A stretch of 64,000 nucleotides of DNA from Cyanobacteriota bacterium (GTDB lineage Bacteria; Acidobacteriota; Vicinamibacteria; Vicinamibacterales; UBA2999): assembly GCA_019752015.1 (NCBI GenBank), contig JAIEMQ010000041.1:4469-68468 (forward strand). The letters run 5' to 3'. The translations under genes were made by a program, and so were the position numbers. The notes beneath the pieces were generated by a model that had not been told where the DNA came from, made no database searches, and saw only the letters and a program-made list of their open reading frames with translations. Shown one piece after another: positions 27,396 through 36,002 of this stretch. Numbering within the stretch: position 1 is the first letter of the stretch; each line of letters opens with the position of its first letter.

Positions 27396-29171
27396 ATGAA
27401 TCCTCCTATTGCGACCCAAACAGCGGTCAAGCGGGCTGCGTCAGGCGCGAAGACGCGCATCGCGTCGTATCTGCTCACCGACTACCTGGAACGCCTTGGC
27501 GTCGAAGTGGTGTTCGGGCTGTGCGGCCACACGGTGATCGCGTTCCTCGACGCGCTCAGCAGGAGCAAGATTCGGTTCATCAGCACGCGTCACGAGCAGG
27601 TCGCCGCGCACGCCGCCGACGGCTACGCGCGCGCGTCCGGGAAAGTCGGCGTGTTGATGACGCACCTGGGCCCGGGCCTGACCAACGCCGCGACCGGCGT
27701 CGCGAATGCGGCGCTCGACTCGATCCCGATGGTCGTGATCGCCGGCGACATTCCCAGCTACTACTACGGCCGTCATCCGCACCAGGAAGTGAACCTGCAC
27801 CAGGACGCGGATCAATTCCAGATCTACCGGCCGTTCTGCAAGCGCGTCTATCGCGTCGACAACGTCCGCGATCTGCCGCGCATTGTCGAGCGCGCGTTCC
27901 ATCTTGCGCAATCCGGACGTCCCGGCCCGGTGCTCGTCGACGTGCCGATGGACATCTTCTCCGCGGATCTCGAGGTCGACGCCTTTGCGACGACACCGCC
28001 CGAGATCGCGAAGCCGGGACTCGATCCGGCGACGGCGGCGCGCATTGTCGACGCGCTGGCCACGTCGCGGCGGCCCGTGCTCTACGCCGGCGGCGGTGTG
28101 TTATCGGCGCGGGCGACGAAGGAATTGCAGGCGCTGGCCGAAGCGCTGCAAGTACCGGTCGCACATACCTTGATGGGCAAAGGCTGCCTGCCGCACGAGC
28201 ATCCACTCCTCCTCGGTCAATCGGGTTTCTGGGGTACCCCGATCGCCAACGAGAAGTGCCGCACCGCCGATCTGATCGTCGCGATCGGCACCAGGCTCGC
28301 CGAAGCGAACTCGAGCTCGTGGGACCCGCGATTCACGTTTTCGATTCCGGCGACCCGTTTGATTCACATCGATGCGGACCTTTCGGAGATCGGCCGCAAC
28401 TACCAGACCGAATTGGGTGTGTGCGCCGACGCGAAGCTCGCGCTTGCGGCCCTCGCCGACGAAGCGCGCAGCAAGCGGCACGCCGATCGCGGCCGCCTGC
28501 ACGACGAGATCAAGCGCGGCCGGACCGAGTTCGCCAACAACTGGGCCGATCAATGGACCTCCGATCAGTTCCCGCTGCGGCCCGAGCGCATTCTCAGCGA
28601 GCTGCGCCGCGCTGCGCCCGCCGACGCGTTCATCGTCACCGACGTCGGCTGGAACAAGAACGGCGTCGGCCAGCAGTTCCCGATCGACGTGCCCGGCGCC
28701 TTCATCACACCGAGCGGTCTCGCGACGATGGGGTTCGGTCCGGCGGCGGCGCTCGGCGTCAAGGTTGCGCAGCCGACGCGCCACGCGATCGCGCTGATCG
28801 GCGACGGCGGCTTCAGCGCCAATCCCTCGGTGATTGCCACGGCGATGGAAGCCGGCCTCGACGTGATCTGGGTCGTGATGGACAACTCGGCGTTCGGCAC
28901 GATCGCCGGCCTCGAAGAAATGCACTACGGCACGACGTTCGGCTGCACGTTCGAATGCGACGGCAAGCCGTATCACGTGGACTACGCGGCGATGGCGCGG
29001 TCGTTCGGCGCCGACGGCTACCTGGTGAGCACGGCGGACGAGTTGCGGCCGGCGTTGGAGAAGGCGCTGGCATCTGGACGGCCCTCGCTGATCCAGGTGC
29101 CAATGGAAAACGCGCCGACACCGACGCCGGGGCATTGGGACATCAACGACATCTATCGGCGTGGTGAGTGA
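27396..29171 (+). CDS. Thiamine-diphosphate-dependent enzyme of the acetolactate-synthase-like family; substrate unknown
   Basis: 591 aa. N-terminal Pyr domain (HEQVAAHAADGYARASGKVGV, GPGLTNAATGVANA). C-terminal ThDP motif IGDGGFSANPSVIATAMEAGLDVIWVVMDNSAFG. Confidence 0.85.
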   Translation: MNPPIATQTAVKRAASGAKTRIASYLLTDYLERLGVEVVFGLCGHTVIAFLDALSRSKIRFISTRHEQVAAHAADGYARASGKVGVLMTHLGPGLTNAATGVANAALDSIPMVVIAGDIPSYYYGRHPHQEVNLHQDADQFQIYRPFCKRVYRVDNVRDLPRIVERAFHLAQSGRPGPVLVDVPMDIFSADLEVDAFATTPPEIAKPGLDPATAARIVDALATSRRPVLYAGGGVLSARATKELQALAEALQVPVAHTLMGKGCLPHEHPLLLGQSGFWGTPIANEKCRTADLIVAIGTRLAEANSSSWDPRFTFSIPATRLIHIDADLSEIGRNYQTELGVCADAKLALAALADEARSKRHADRGRLHDEIKRGRTEFANNWADQWTSDQFPLRPERILSELRRAAPADAFIVTDVGWNKNGVGQQFPIDVPGAFITPSGLATMGFGPAAALGVKVAQPTRHAIALIGDGGFSANPSVIATAMEAGLDVIWVVMDNSAFGTIAGLEEMHYGTTFGCTFECDGKPYHVDYAAMARSFGADGYLVSTADELRPALEKALASGRPSLIQVPMENAPTPTPGHWDINDIYRRGE

Positions 29172-32100
29172 GTGACGGCTTCAATGGAGGCAGCGGTGGT
29201 CAACCTGAAACATCTGTCAGCATTTCTCGGCGCGATTCTGCTGACTGCGTTCACGGCCGGCACGGCGTGGGCACAGTCGGTCTCGAGTGCTCAAGTATCG
29301 GGCGTGGTCCGTGATTCGAGTGGTGGCGCGTTGCCGGGCGCCGACGTGACGCTCACCAAGATCGACACGGGCGCGGTGCGCACGGTGATCGCCGGCAGCG
29401 ACGGCGCCTACGTTTTCCCCAACCTGCCCGTGGGTCCTTACCAGATGAAAGTCGCGCTCCAGGGCTTCAACACCTACGTCCAGGACGGCATCGTCCTGCA
29501 GGTCAGCTCGAACCCGCAGATCAACGTGACGCTGTCGGTGGGCACCGTCAGCGAGCAGGTGACGGTGACGGCGAACACGACGATGGTCGAGACGCATTCC
29601 ACCGGCATCGGCCAGGTCGTCGACAACCAGCGCGTCGTCGAGCTGCCGCTCAACGGCCGCCAGGCGACCGAACTGATCTTTCTCGCCGGTCTCGCGACGG
29701 CGGCGCCGGCCGGCGACCTCAACACCAACAAGAACTACCCGACGGTCACCATCTCGGTGGCGGGCGGCCAGGCCAACGGCATGACCTACATCATGGATGG
29801 CGGCACGCACAACGATCCGTTCAACAACCTCAATCTGCCGACGCCGTTCCCCGATGCGCTGCAGGAGTTCAAGGTGGAAACCAGCTCGCTGCCGGCTCGT
29901 TACGGTCAGCATGCGGCGTCAGCGGTCAACATCATCACGAAGTCCGGCACCAATGCGTTCAACGGCAGCGCGTTCGAATTCAACCGCGACTACCGGTTCA
30001 ACGCGCGCAACGCGTTCGCGGCCGCGCGCGACAGCCTGCGCCGCAATCAGTTCGGCGGCGTGGTGGGCGGCCCGATCAAGAAGAACAAGGCGTTCTTTTT
30101 CGGCGGTTATCAGGGAAAGATCGAAAAGACGAATCCGCCGACCAGCATCAGCTACATCCCGACGCGGGCGATGCTGGCTGGAGACTTCACCGCGATCACG
30201 TCTCCCGCGTGCAATGCGGGACGGCAGCTGAACCTGACCGGCGGTTTCGCCGGCAATCAGATCGACCCGTCGCGATTGAGCCCGATCGCGGTGAACTTCG
30301 CGAAGTACCTGCCGGTCGACACCGCCGATGCGTGCGGACGCGTCCAGTACGGGATTCCGCAGAACAACACCGAGCACCAGGGCCTGGCCAAGATCGACTA
30401 CACGCTCAACACCCGGCAGTCGATGTTCGCACGCTACCTCTACGCGGTCTACGACAATCCCGCCACCTACGACGGCGCGAATGTGCTGACGCTGAGCCGC
30501 ACCGGCCAGAACAACCAAGCACACTCGGTAGTCGTCGGCCACAACTTCGTGCTGTCGTCGTTCGTGAATGCCTTGCGGGTCACGTTCAACAAAACGCTCA
30601 ACGACCGTCCGCTGCCGGAATATTTCTCGGCCACCGATCTCGGCGCCAGGGTCTACAGCCCGCTCAAGGGCTATGTCGGCGTCAACGTCACCGGCAACGG
30701 CTTCTCGATCGGCAGCGGCGCGACCAATCCCGGCTATTTCAATTCGGTCGGCTGGCAGCTGGCCAACGACGTCGATTACGTGAAGGGCAATCATCAGATC
30801 TCGTTTGGCGGCAACTGGATTCGCACCAAGATTGAAACGCTGAACAACCGCCCGACCAATGGCGCGTTCAGCTTCAATGGCCAGGGCACCGGTCTGTCGC
30901 TGGCGGACTTCATGATGGGCATCGTGAGCGGCGGGTTCCTGCAGGGCAATCCGGTGTATGACTACGACGATCACGATTACGTCGGCGCGTACATTCAGGA
31001 CGATTGGCGCATCCGCCCCAATCTCAGTGTCAATGCCGGCGTGCGCTGGGAGCCGTGGATTCCGCTGCGCAACACCTACAGCTGGGTGAGCAACTTCGAC
31101 GAGGATCGCTTCCGCGCCGGCATCAAGAGCAAGATCTATCCGCAGGCGCCCGCCGGCCTGTATTTCCCCGGCGACGAGGGTTACCCCGGCCGCGCCGCGA
31201 GCCGGGGCAAGCTTGCGCAGTTTGCGCCGAGGCTCGGCGCGATCTGGACGCCGGGCGGCGACGGCAGCACCAGCATCCGCGCCGGCTGGGGCATGTTCTA
31301 CGACACGCCGCATCTGTTCTTCAACACGCGTTTCGCCAACAATCCGCCGTGGGGCGCGCAGATCACGATCCCGAATCCGGCCGGTGGCTGGGCCGATCCG
31401 TACTCGACCTATCCGGGCGGCAATCCGTTCCCGGCGCTGAACACCGGCTGGGCGACGCAGCCGTTCCCGGCGTTTGGCGTGTATGTCAACGCGCCGCTCA
31501 ATCTGCAGCCGACGACGCTGCATCAGTGGAACATCAGCGCGCAGCGGATGTTCGGTGACTGGATGCTGGCGGCTACATATCTCGGCAACAAGTCCGTGAA
31601 TCTGTGGCGCGCCACCGAGTTGAACCCCGCGGTGTTCGGCCCGGGTGCCACCACGGGCAACACCAACGCGCGCCGTCGTTTGAATGCGATTAACCCGGTC
31701 GAGGGTCAGTTCTACGGCACCATCGGCCAGGTCGACGACACCGGCCGCGGCACGTATCACGGCATGTTGCTGTCGGCGCAGCGCCGCTTGAAGAACAACT
31801 TGAGCGTGCTCACCAACTGGACGCTCTCGAAGTGCATGTCGGATCCGGCGACCACGGAAATCACCGGCCCGACCATCGTCGATCCGAACAATCCGGATCT
31901 CGATTACTCGTATTGCTCGTCGGATCGCCGCCACGTCGTCAACGTATCGGTGGTGACGCGCACGCCGGAATTCCAGAACCAGGTGTTGAACACGCTGTTC
32001 GGCAGCTGGCAGTTCTCGCCGCTGGTGCGGTGGCAGAGCGGCAACCGCTCGTCGGTCACGACCGGTGTCGACAACGCCCTGACCGGCATGGGCGGCCAGC

Positions 32101-32435
32101 GCGCGGTGCAGATCCTCGACAATCCATACGGCGACGGCACCCCGGGCTTCTATCTCAATCGCGCAGCCTTTACGGCGCCGGCGTCCGGCACCTACAGCAC
32201 GCTGAAGCCGTTCACGATCGTGAATCCGTCGCGCTTGCAGAATGACCTCGCGATTACCCGCATGTTCAGGCTGGCGAGCGGCCAGAACCTGCAGTTCCGC
32301 TGGGAAATCTTCAACGTCATGAACAAGGTCAATTACAACGCGCCGGTGACCGCGCTCAACAGCGCGAGCTTCGGCATCATTCAAAGCGCCGGCGATCCGC
32401 GTATCATGCAGTTTGCCTTGAAGGTGGACTTCTGA
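29172..32435 (+). CDS. TonB-dependent-receptor-like outer-membrane protein with an N-terminal carboxypeptidase-regulatory-like domain (paralogue type of 6039..8978)
   Basis: 1087 aa. Signal peptide ending AWAQS. VSGVVRDSSGGALPGADVTLTKIDTG. Plug-like TVTANTTMVETHSTGIGQVVDNQRVVELP. The C-terminus ends ...FALKVDF. The start is GTG 29172 or ATG 29184. Confidence 0.85.
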   Translation: MTASMEAAVVNLKHLSAFLGAILLTAFTAGTAWAQSVSSAQVSGVVRDSSGGALPGADVTLTKIDTGAVRTVIAGSDGAYVFPNLPVGPYQMKVALQGFNTYVQDGIVLQVSSNPQINVTLSVGTVSEQVTVTANTTMVETHSTGIGQVVDNQRVVELPLNGRQATELIFLAGLATAAPAGDLNTNKNYPTVTISVAGGQANGMTYIMDGGTHNDPFNNLNLPTPFPDALQEFKVETSSLPARYGQHAASAVNIITKSGTNAFNGSAFEFNRDYRFNARNAFAAARDSLRRNQFGGVVGGPIKKNKAFFFGGYQGKIEKTNPPTSISYIPTRAMLAGDFTAITSPACNAGRQLNLTGGFAGNQIDPSRLSPIAVNFAKYLPVDTADACGRVQYGIPQNNTEHQGLAKIDYTLNTRQSMFARYLYAVYDNPATYDGANVLTLSRTGQNNQAHSVVVGHNFVLSSFVNALRVTFNKTLNDRPLPEYFSATDLGARVYSPLKGYVGVNVTGNGFSIGSGATNPGYFNSVGWQLANDVDYVKGNHQISFGGNWIRTKIETLNNRPTNGAFSFNGQGTGLSLADFMMGIVSGGFLQGNPVYDYDDHDYVGAYIQDDWRIRPNLSVNAGVRWEPWIPLRNTYSWVSNFDEDRFRAGIKSKIYPQAPAGLYFPGDEGYPGRAASRGKLAQFAPRLGAIWTPGGDGSTSIRAGWGMFYDTPHLFFNTRFANNPPWGAQITIPNPAGGWADPYSTYPGGNPFPALNTGWATQPFPAFGVYVNAPLNLQPTTLHQWNISAQRMFGDWMLAATYLGNKSVNLWRATELNPAVFGPGATTGNTNARRRLNAINPVEGQFYGTIGQVDDTGRGTYHGMLLSAQRRLKNNLSVLTNWTLSKCMSDPATTEITGPTIVDPNNPDLDYSYCSSDRRHVVNVSVVTRTPEFQNQVLNTLFGSWQFSPLVRWQSGNRSSVTTGVDNALTGMGGQRAVQILDNPYGDGTPGFYLNRAAFTAPASGTYSTLKPFTIVNPSRLQNDLAITRMFRLASGQNLQFRWEIFNVMNKVNYNAPVTALNSASFGIIQSAGDPRIMQFALKVDF

Positions 32436-32440
32436 TTCGC

Positions 32441-34318
32441 ATGAGAGTTCGTGCACGATTCCTGCTCGTCACGGCTGCGGCATTGTCCGCAGCCGTCGTC
32501 AGCGCGCAACAGCCTTCGACTGCGCTCAGGCCAGGGAACTGGGAGCACGTCGGGCAGGATCCGGGCGGAACGAAGTACTCGACGCTCGATCAGATCAACA
32601 CCGGCAACGTGAAGTCGCTGCAGAAGGCGTGGACCTTCCATACCGGCGACAAGACCGGCTTCTTCGAGAGCACGCCGCTGGTGATCGACGGCACGATGTA
32701 CCTCACCGCGCAGAACGGAATCTACGCGATCGATCCGTTGACCGGCACGCAGCTGTGGAAGTTCGAGTCCGACGGCGGCACGCGTCGCGGTCTCACGTAC
32801 TGGCCCGGTGATGCGGCGACGCCCGCGCGCATCTTCGGATCGGCGCAGGAGCGGTTGATCGCGCTCGACGCAAAGACCGGCCGCATGATTCCACAATTCG
32901 GGCAGGGCGGCTTCGTCGATATGGGCACGACGATGGCATCGCCGGCGGCGCTCTATAAGGACATCCTGATCACCCCGGCCACATCGCCGATCATCCGCGC
33001 CTATAACGCCCGCACTGGCGCCGAGATCTGGAAGTTCGATCTGGTCGCGCAGCCCGGCGATCCGAATAACAAGACCTGGGAAGGCGAGTCGTGGAAGGCG
33101 GTCGGCGGCACCAACACCTGGGGCTACCTCACGATCGACACCGAGCGCGGCATCGTCTACATCCCGACCTCGATCGCCGGCGAAAACGATTACGTCGGCG
33201 TGACCCGGCCGGGCGACAACCTGTACGGCACGTCGCTTGTTGCGGTTGATATCGCCACCGGCAAGAAGCTGTGGCACCAGCAGCTCGTGCATCACGACAT
33301 CTGGGACAACGATCTCGGCGCGCATCCGACGTTGATCGACGTCACGCGCAACGGCAAAACGATCCCGGCAGTGGCGCAGATCACGAAGATGGGCCTGCTC
33401 TTCATCTTCAATCGCGTCACCGGCGAACCGATCTTCGGAGTTGAGGAACGCGCGGTGCCGCAGAGCACGGTGCCTGGCGAGAAGACGGCGGCGACACAGC
33501 CGTTCCCGGTCAAGCCGCCACCACTGGCGCGCAACTCGATCACGCGATCGGAGCTGCCGACGAACATCTCGCCTGAGCACACCGCGTATTGCCAGGGGTT
33601 ATGGGAGAAATACGGCCTGCAGGATTCCGTCCCGTATACGCCGTGGCATGTGATGAAGGACGTGGTCGTCTTCCCGGGCGCGATCGGCGGCGGCAACTGG
33701 GGCGGCGTGGCCTACAACAAGAAGCTGGACCTCGTGATCACGAACGTGATGAACGCGGGGCAGTGGGGCCATCTCGAAAAGAGCGAAGGCGCTCCCGTTG
33801 GCGGTGACCAGCCGAACGCAGCGGCCGGACGCGGCGGGCGCGGAGGTTTCGGAGGCGGCGGCGGGCCGCCGCGCAGCCGCGAGCCGTATCGCAAGGTGAC
33901 GCCGGAAGGCGGGCGCTTCTGGGATCAGAAGACGCAGTACTCGTGCGCGCCGACGCCGTGGGGCGAACTGATCGCCGTCAACGCAAACACCGGCGATATC
34001 GCGTGGCGCTCGACGCTCGGCAGCTTCGACGAGCTCGAAGCGAAAGGCATCAAGGCCGGCCGTCCCAGCCTCGGTGGTGCGATCACTACCGCCGGCGATC
34101 TGGTGTTCATTGCGGCGACCACGGACGGCTACTTCCGCGCCTTCGATGCGCGCAACGGCGCCGAATTGTGGAAGACGAAGCTGACGGTGCCGGGACATTC
34201 GATCCCATCGACATACATGGGGAAGGACGGCAAGCAGTACATCGCGATCACCGTGGGCGGCGGCGGATTCCTGCGCAGCCCGCAGAGTGATGAAGTCGTG
34301 GCCTTCCGCCTTCCGTAA
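32441..34318 (+). CDS. PQQ-dependent dehydrogenase (quinoprotein glucose/alcohol dehydrogenase family), secreted
   Basis: 625 aa. Signal peptide. Propeller W-motifs (LQKAWTFHTGD, TPLVIDGTMYLTAQNGIYAIDPLTGTQLWKF, GDLVFIAATTDGYFRAFDARNGAELWK). Confidence 0.85.
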   Translation: MRVRARFLLVTAAALSAAVVSAQQPSTALRPGNWEHVGQDPGGTKYSTLDQINTGNVKSLQKAWTFHTGDKTGFFESTPLVIDGTMYLTAQNGIYAIDPLTGTQLWKFESDGGTRRGLTYWPGDAATPARIFGSAQERLIALDAKTGRMIPQFGQGGFVDMGTTMASPAALYKDILITPATSPIIRAYNARTGAEIWKFDLVAQPGDPNNKTWEGESWKAVGGTNTWGYLTIDTERGIVYIPTSIAGENDYVGVTRPGDNLYGTSLVAVDIATGKKLWHQQLVHHDIWDNDLGAHPTLIDVTRNGKTIPAVAQITKMGLLFIFNRVTGEPIFGVEERAVPQSTVPGEKTAATQPFPVKPPPLARNSITRSELPTNISPEHTAYCQGLWEKYGLQDSVPYTPWHVMKDVVVFPGAIGGGNWGGVAYNKKLDLVITNVMNAGQWGHLEKSEGAPVGGDQPNAAAGRGGRGGFGGGGGPPRSREPYRKVTPEGGRFWDQKTQYSCAPTPWGELIAVNANTGDIAWRSTLGSFDELEAKGIKAGRPSLGGAITTAGDLVFIAATTDGYFRAFDARNGAELWKTKLTVPGHSIPSTYMGKDGKQYIAITVGGGGFLRSPQSDEVVAFRLP

Positions 34319-34320
34319 AT

Positions 34321-34355
34321 CAGGGATCAGGGATCAGGGATCAGGGGTCAGGGGT
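34321..34355 (+). repeat. Tandem heptamer array (CAGGGAT)x3 (CAGGGGT)x2 occupying the entire stop-to-start spacer
   Basis: Read directly. Upstream TAA at 34316-18 and downstream ATG at 34360. Confidence 0.95.
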
Positions 34356-34359
34356 CACG

Positions 34360-35172
34360 ATGAACAAGCGCCTCCTCGTTCTGGTCACGCTGCTGCTTGG
34401 CGTGATGTTTCTGCCGCTTGAAGCGCAGCGTGGGGGCGGACAGCGCCCACCGCGCACGCGCAAAGTGGTACTCGCGTGGGCTGACACGCGCAACGGCATC
34501 GCGCAGCACGAATCCACGTCACATGCGGTGTCCGTGATCGAGCGGCTGGGATACGAATCCGGTGTCTACGACACGTTCATTCGCACCGATTCGAACATCA
34601 TCTCGAAACAACCCAAGCGGACGACTGGCGAGCCGGCGAGCGGCGGGCCGAATCTCGCGATGGCCGACGCGATCTTCTTCATGGGACATCGCGACGTGCC
34701 GATCGACGAGGAACAGAAGAAGGAGCTGTTGTCGTTCGTCCGCGATGACGGCAAGGGCATTGTCGCCGCACACACGGCGCTGACCGCGTTTGAATCGTGG
34801 CCGGAATTCGGCGAGCTGCTTGGCGCGCGGTATGACGGACATCCATGGCATCAAGTCGGGACCGTCATCAACGAAGCGCCGGATTCACCGATCACGAAGC
34901 ACTTCCCGCCGACGTTCCAGATCAACGACGAGTTCTACCAGGCGAAGAACGTCTCGCCCGGCATGCGCGTGCTGCTGCGTCTGGATGTGTCGAAGATGCC
35001 GCCGCACGCGGAGCTGCGGAACCAGTCGTTTCCGCTCGTGTGGGTCAAGCAGTACGGCAAGGGCCGCGTCATGTTCTCGTCGTTCGGGCACGATGCGTCG
35101 ATCTACGACAATCGTGACGTCGCCCAGATGTTTCTCGAGGGCATGAAATGGGTGTTGCACCTCAGCGAATAG
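34360..35172 (+). CDS. ThuA-domain protein, secreted
   Basis: 270 aa. Signal peptide. VLAWADTRNGIAQHES..., FVRDDGKGIVAAHTA, DEFYQ and FSSFGHD match the ThuA pattern. Confidence 0.8.
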   Translation: MNKRLLVLVTLLLGVMFLPLEAQRGGGQRPPRTRKVVLAWADTRNGIAQHESTSHAVSVIERLGYESGVYDTFIRTDSNIISKQPKRTTGEPASGGPNLAMADAIFFMGHRDVPIDEEQKKELLSFVRDDGKGIVAAHTALTAFESWPEFGELLGARYDGHPWHQVGTVINEAPDSPITKHFPPTFQINDEFYQAKNVSPGMRVLLRLDVSKMPPHAELRNQSFPLVWVKQYGKGRVMFSSFGHDASIYDNRDVAQMFLEGMKWVLHLSE

Positions 35173-36002
35173 CGGCCGGCGTCGCGATCGCCGCGCTGTC
35201 ATTGACGGTTCTCGGGGCCCATTTCCAGGCGCCGAGAACTTTTCGCAAGCACGTCCTCGCCTGGGCCGACGTCCGCAACGGCTATCAGCATGAATCGATC
35301 ACGCATGCGCTGAGCACCATCGAACGTATGGGATGGGAGTCCGGTCTCTACGACACCATCATCCGCACCGATTCACAGTCGATCACCAAGTCCCCGATCC
35401 TGTTCAAGCACGGCACCGGCATCGCGGCCAACGAACAGTTCCTGGCGCGCAATCTCAATTACTTCGACGCGATCTTTTTCTTCGGCGTGCGCGAGATCGA
35501 TCTCGATCCGCAACAGCGCGCCGACCTGCTGTCCTTCGTCCGGGACGACGGCAAGGGCTTCGTGGCCACCCATGCGGGCTCGACCGCGTTTTTCTCGTGG
35601 CCCGAATTCGGCGGGATGCTCGGTGGCCGGTTCGACGAGCACCCCTGGGGCATCACCGAGGCCACGGTCATCGTCGAAGATCGCAGCTCGCCGATCTCGC
35701 GGCACTTGCCGGCCTCGTTCCCGGTAATCGATGAGCACTATCAGCTGAAGGAGTTCTCGAGAGACAAGGTTCATGTCCTGGCGCGTCTCGATGCCGCGAA
35801 GCTGGATCTAAAGGCGCCGCTGGTCCATCGCACCGATCGGGATTTCGTGGCGGCGTACACGAAGACCTACGGCAAGGGACGGGTCTTCTACTCGACGCTG
35901 GGCCACCCGCGCGAGCTGTGGGATCAGGAATGGCTGCGGAAAATGTACTTCGAGGCGTTGAAGTGGTCGATGGAGGCTAGCCCAGCCCGACCCGCGCAGT
36001 GA
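35148..36002 (+). CDS. ThuA-domain protein (paralogue of 34360..35172)
   Basis: 284 aa. Motifs parallel the upstream gene (VLAWADVRNGYQHES, FVRDDGKGFVATHAG, DEHYQ, YSTLGHP). Overlaps the upstream gene by 25 nt. Confidence 0.8.
   Translation: MGVAPQRIAAGVAIAALSLTVLGAHFQAPRTFRKHVLAWADVRNGYQHESITHALSTIERMGWESGLYDTIIRTDSQSITKSPILFKHGTGIAANEQFLARNLNYFDAIFFFGVREIDLDPQQRADLLSFVRDDGKGFVATHAGSTAFFSWPEFGGMLGGRFDEHPWGITEATVIVEDRSSPISRHLPASFPVIDEHYQLKEFSRDKVHVLARLDAAKLDLKAPLVHRTDRDFVAAYTKTYGKGRVFYSTLGHPRELWDQEWLRKMYFEALKWSMEASPARPAQ

Noticed and set aside
29919-32456. 845-aa minus-strand ORF
   Set aside because: It is antisense to the second TBDR gene. Shadow ORF composition.
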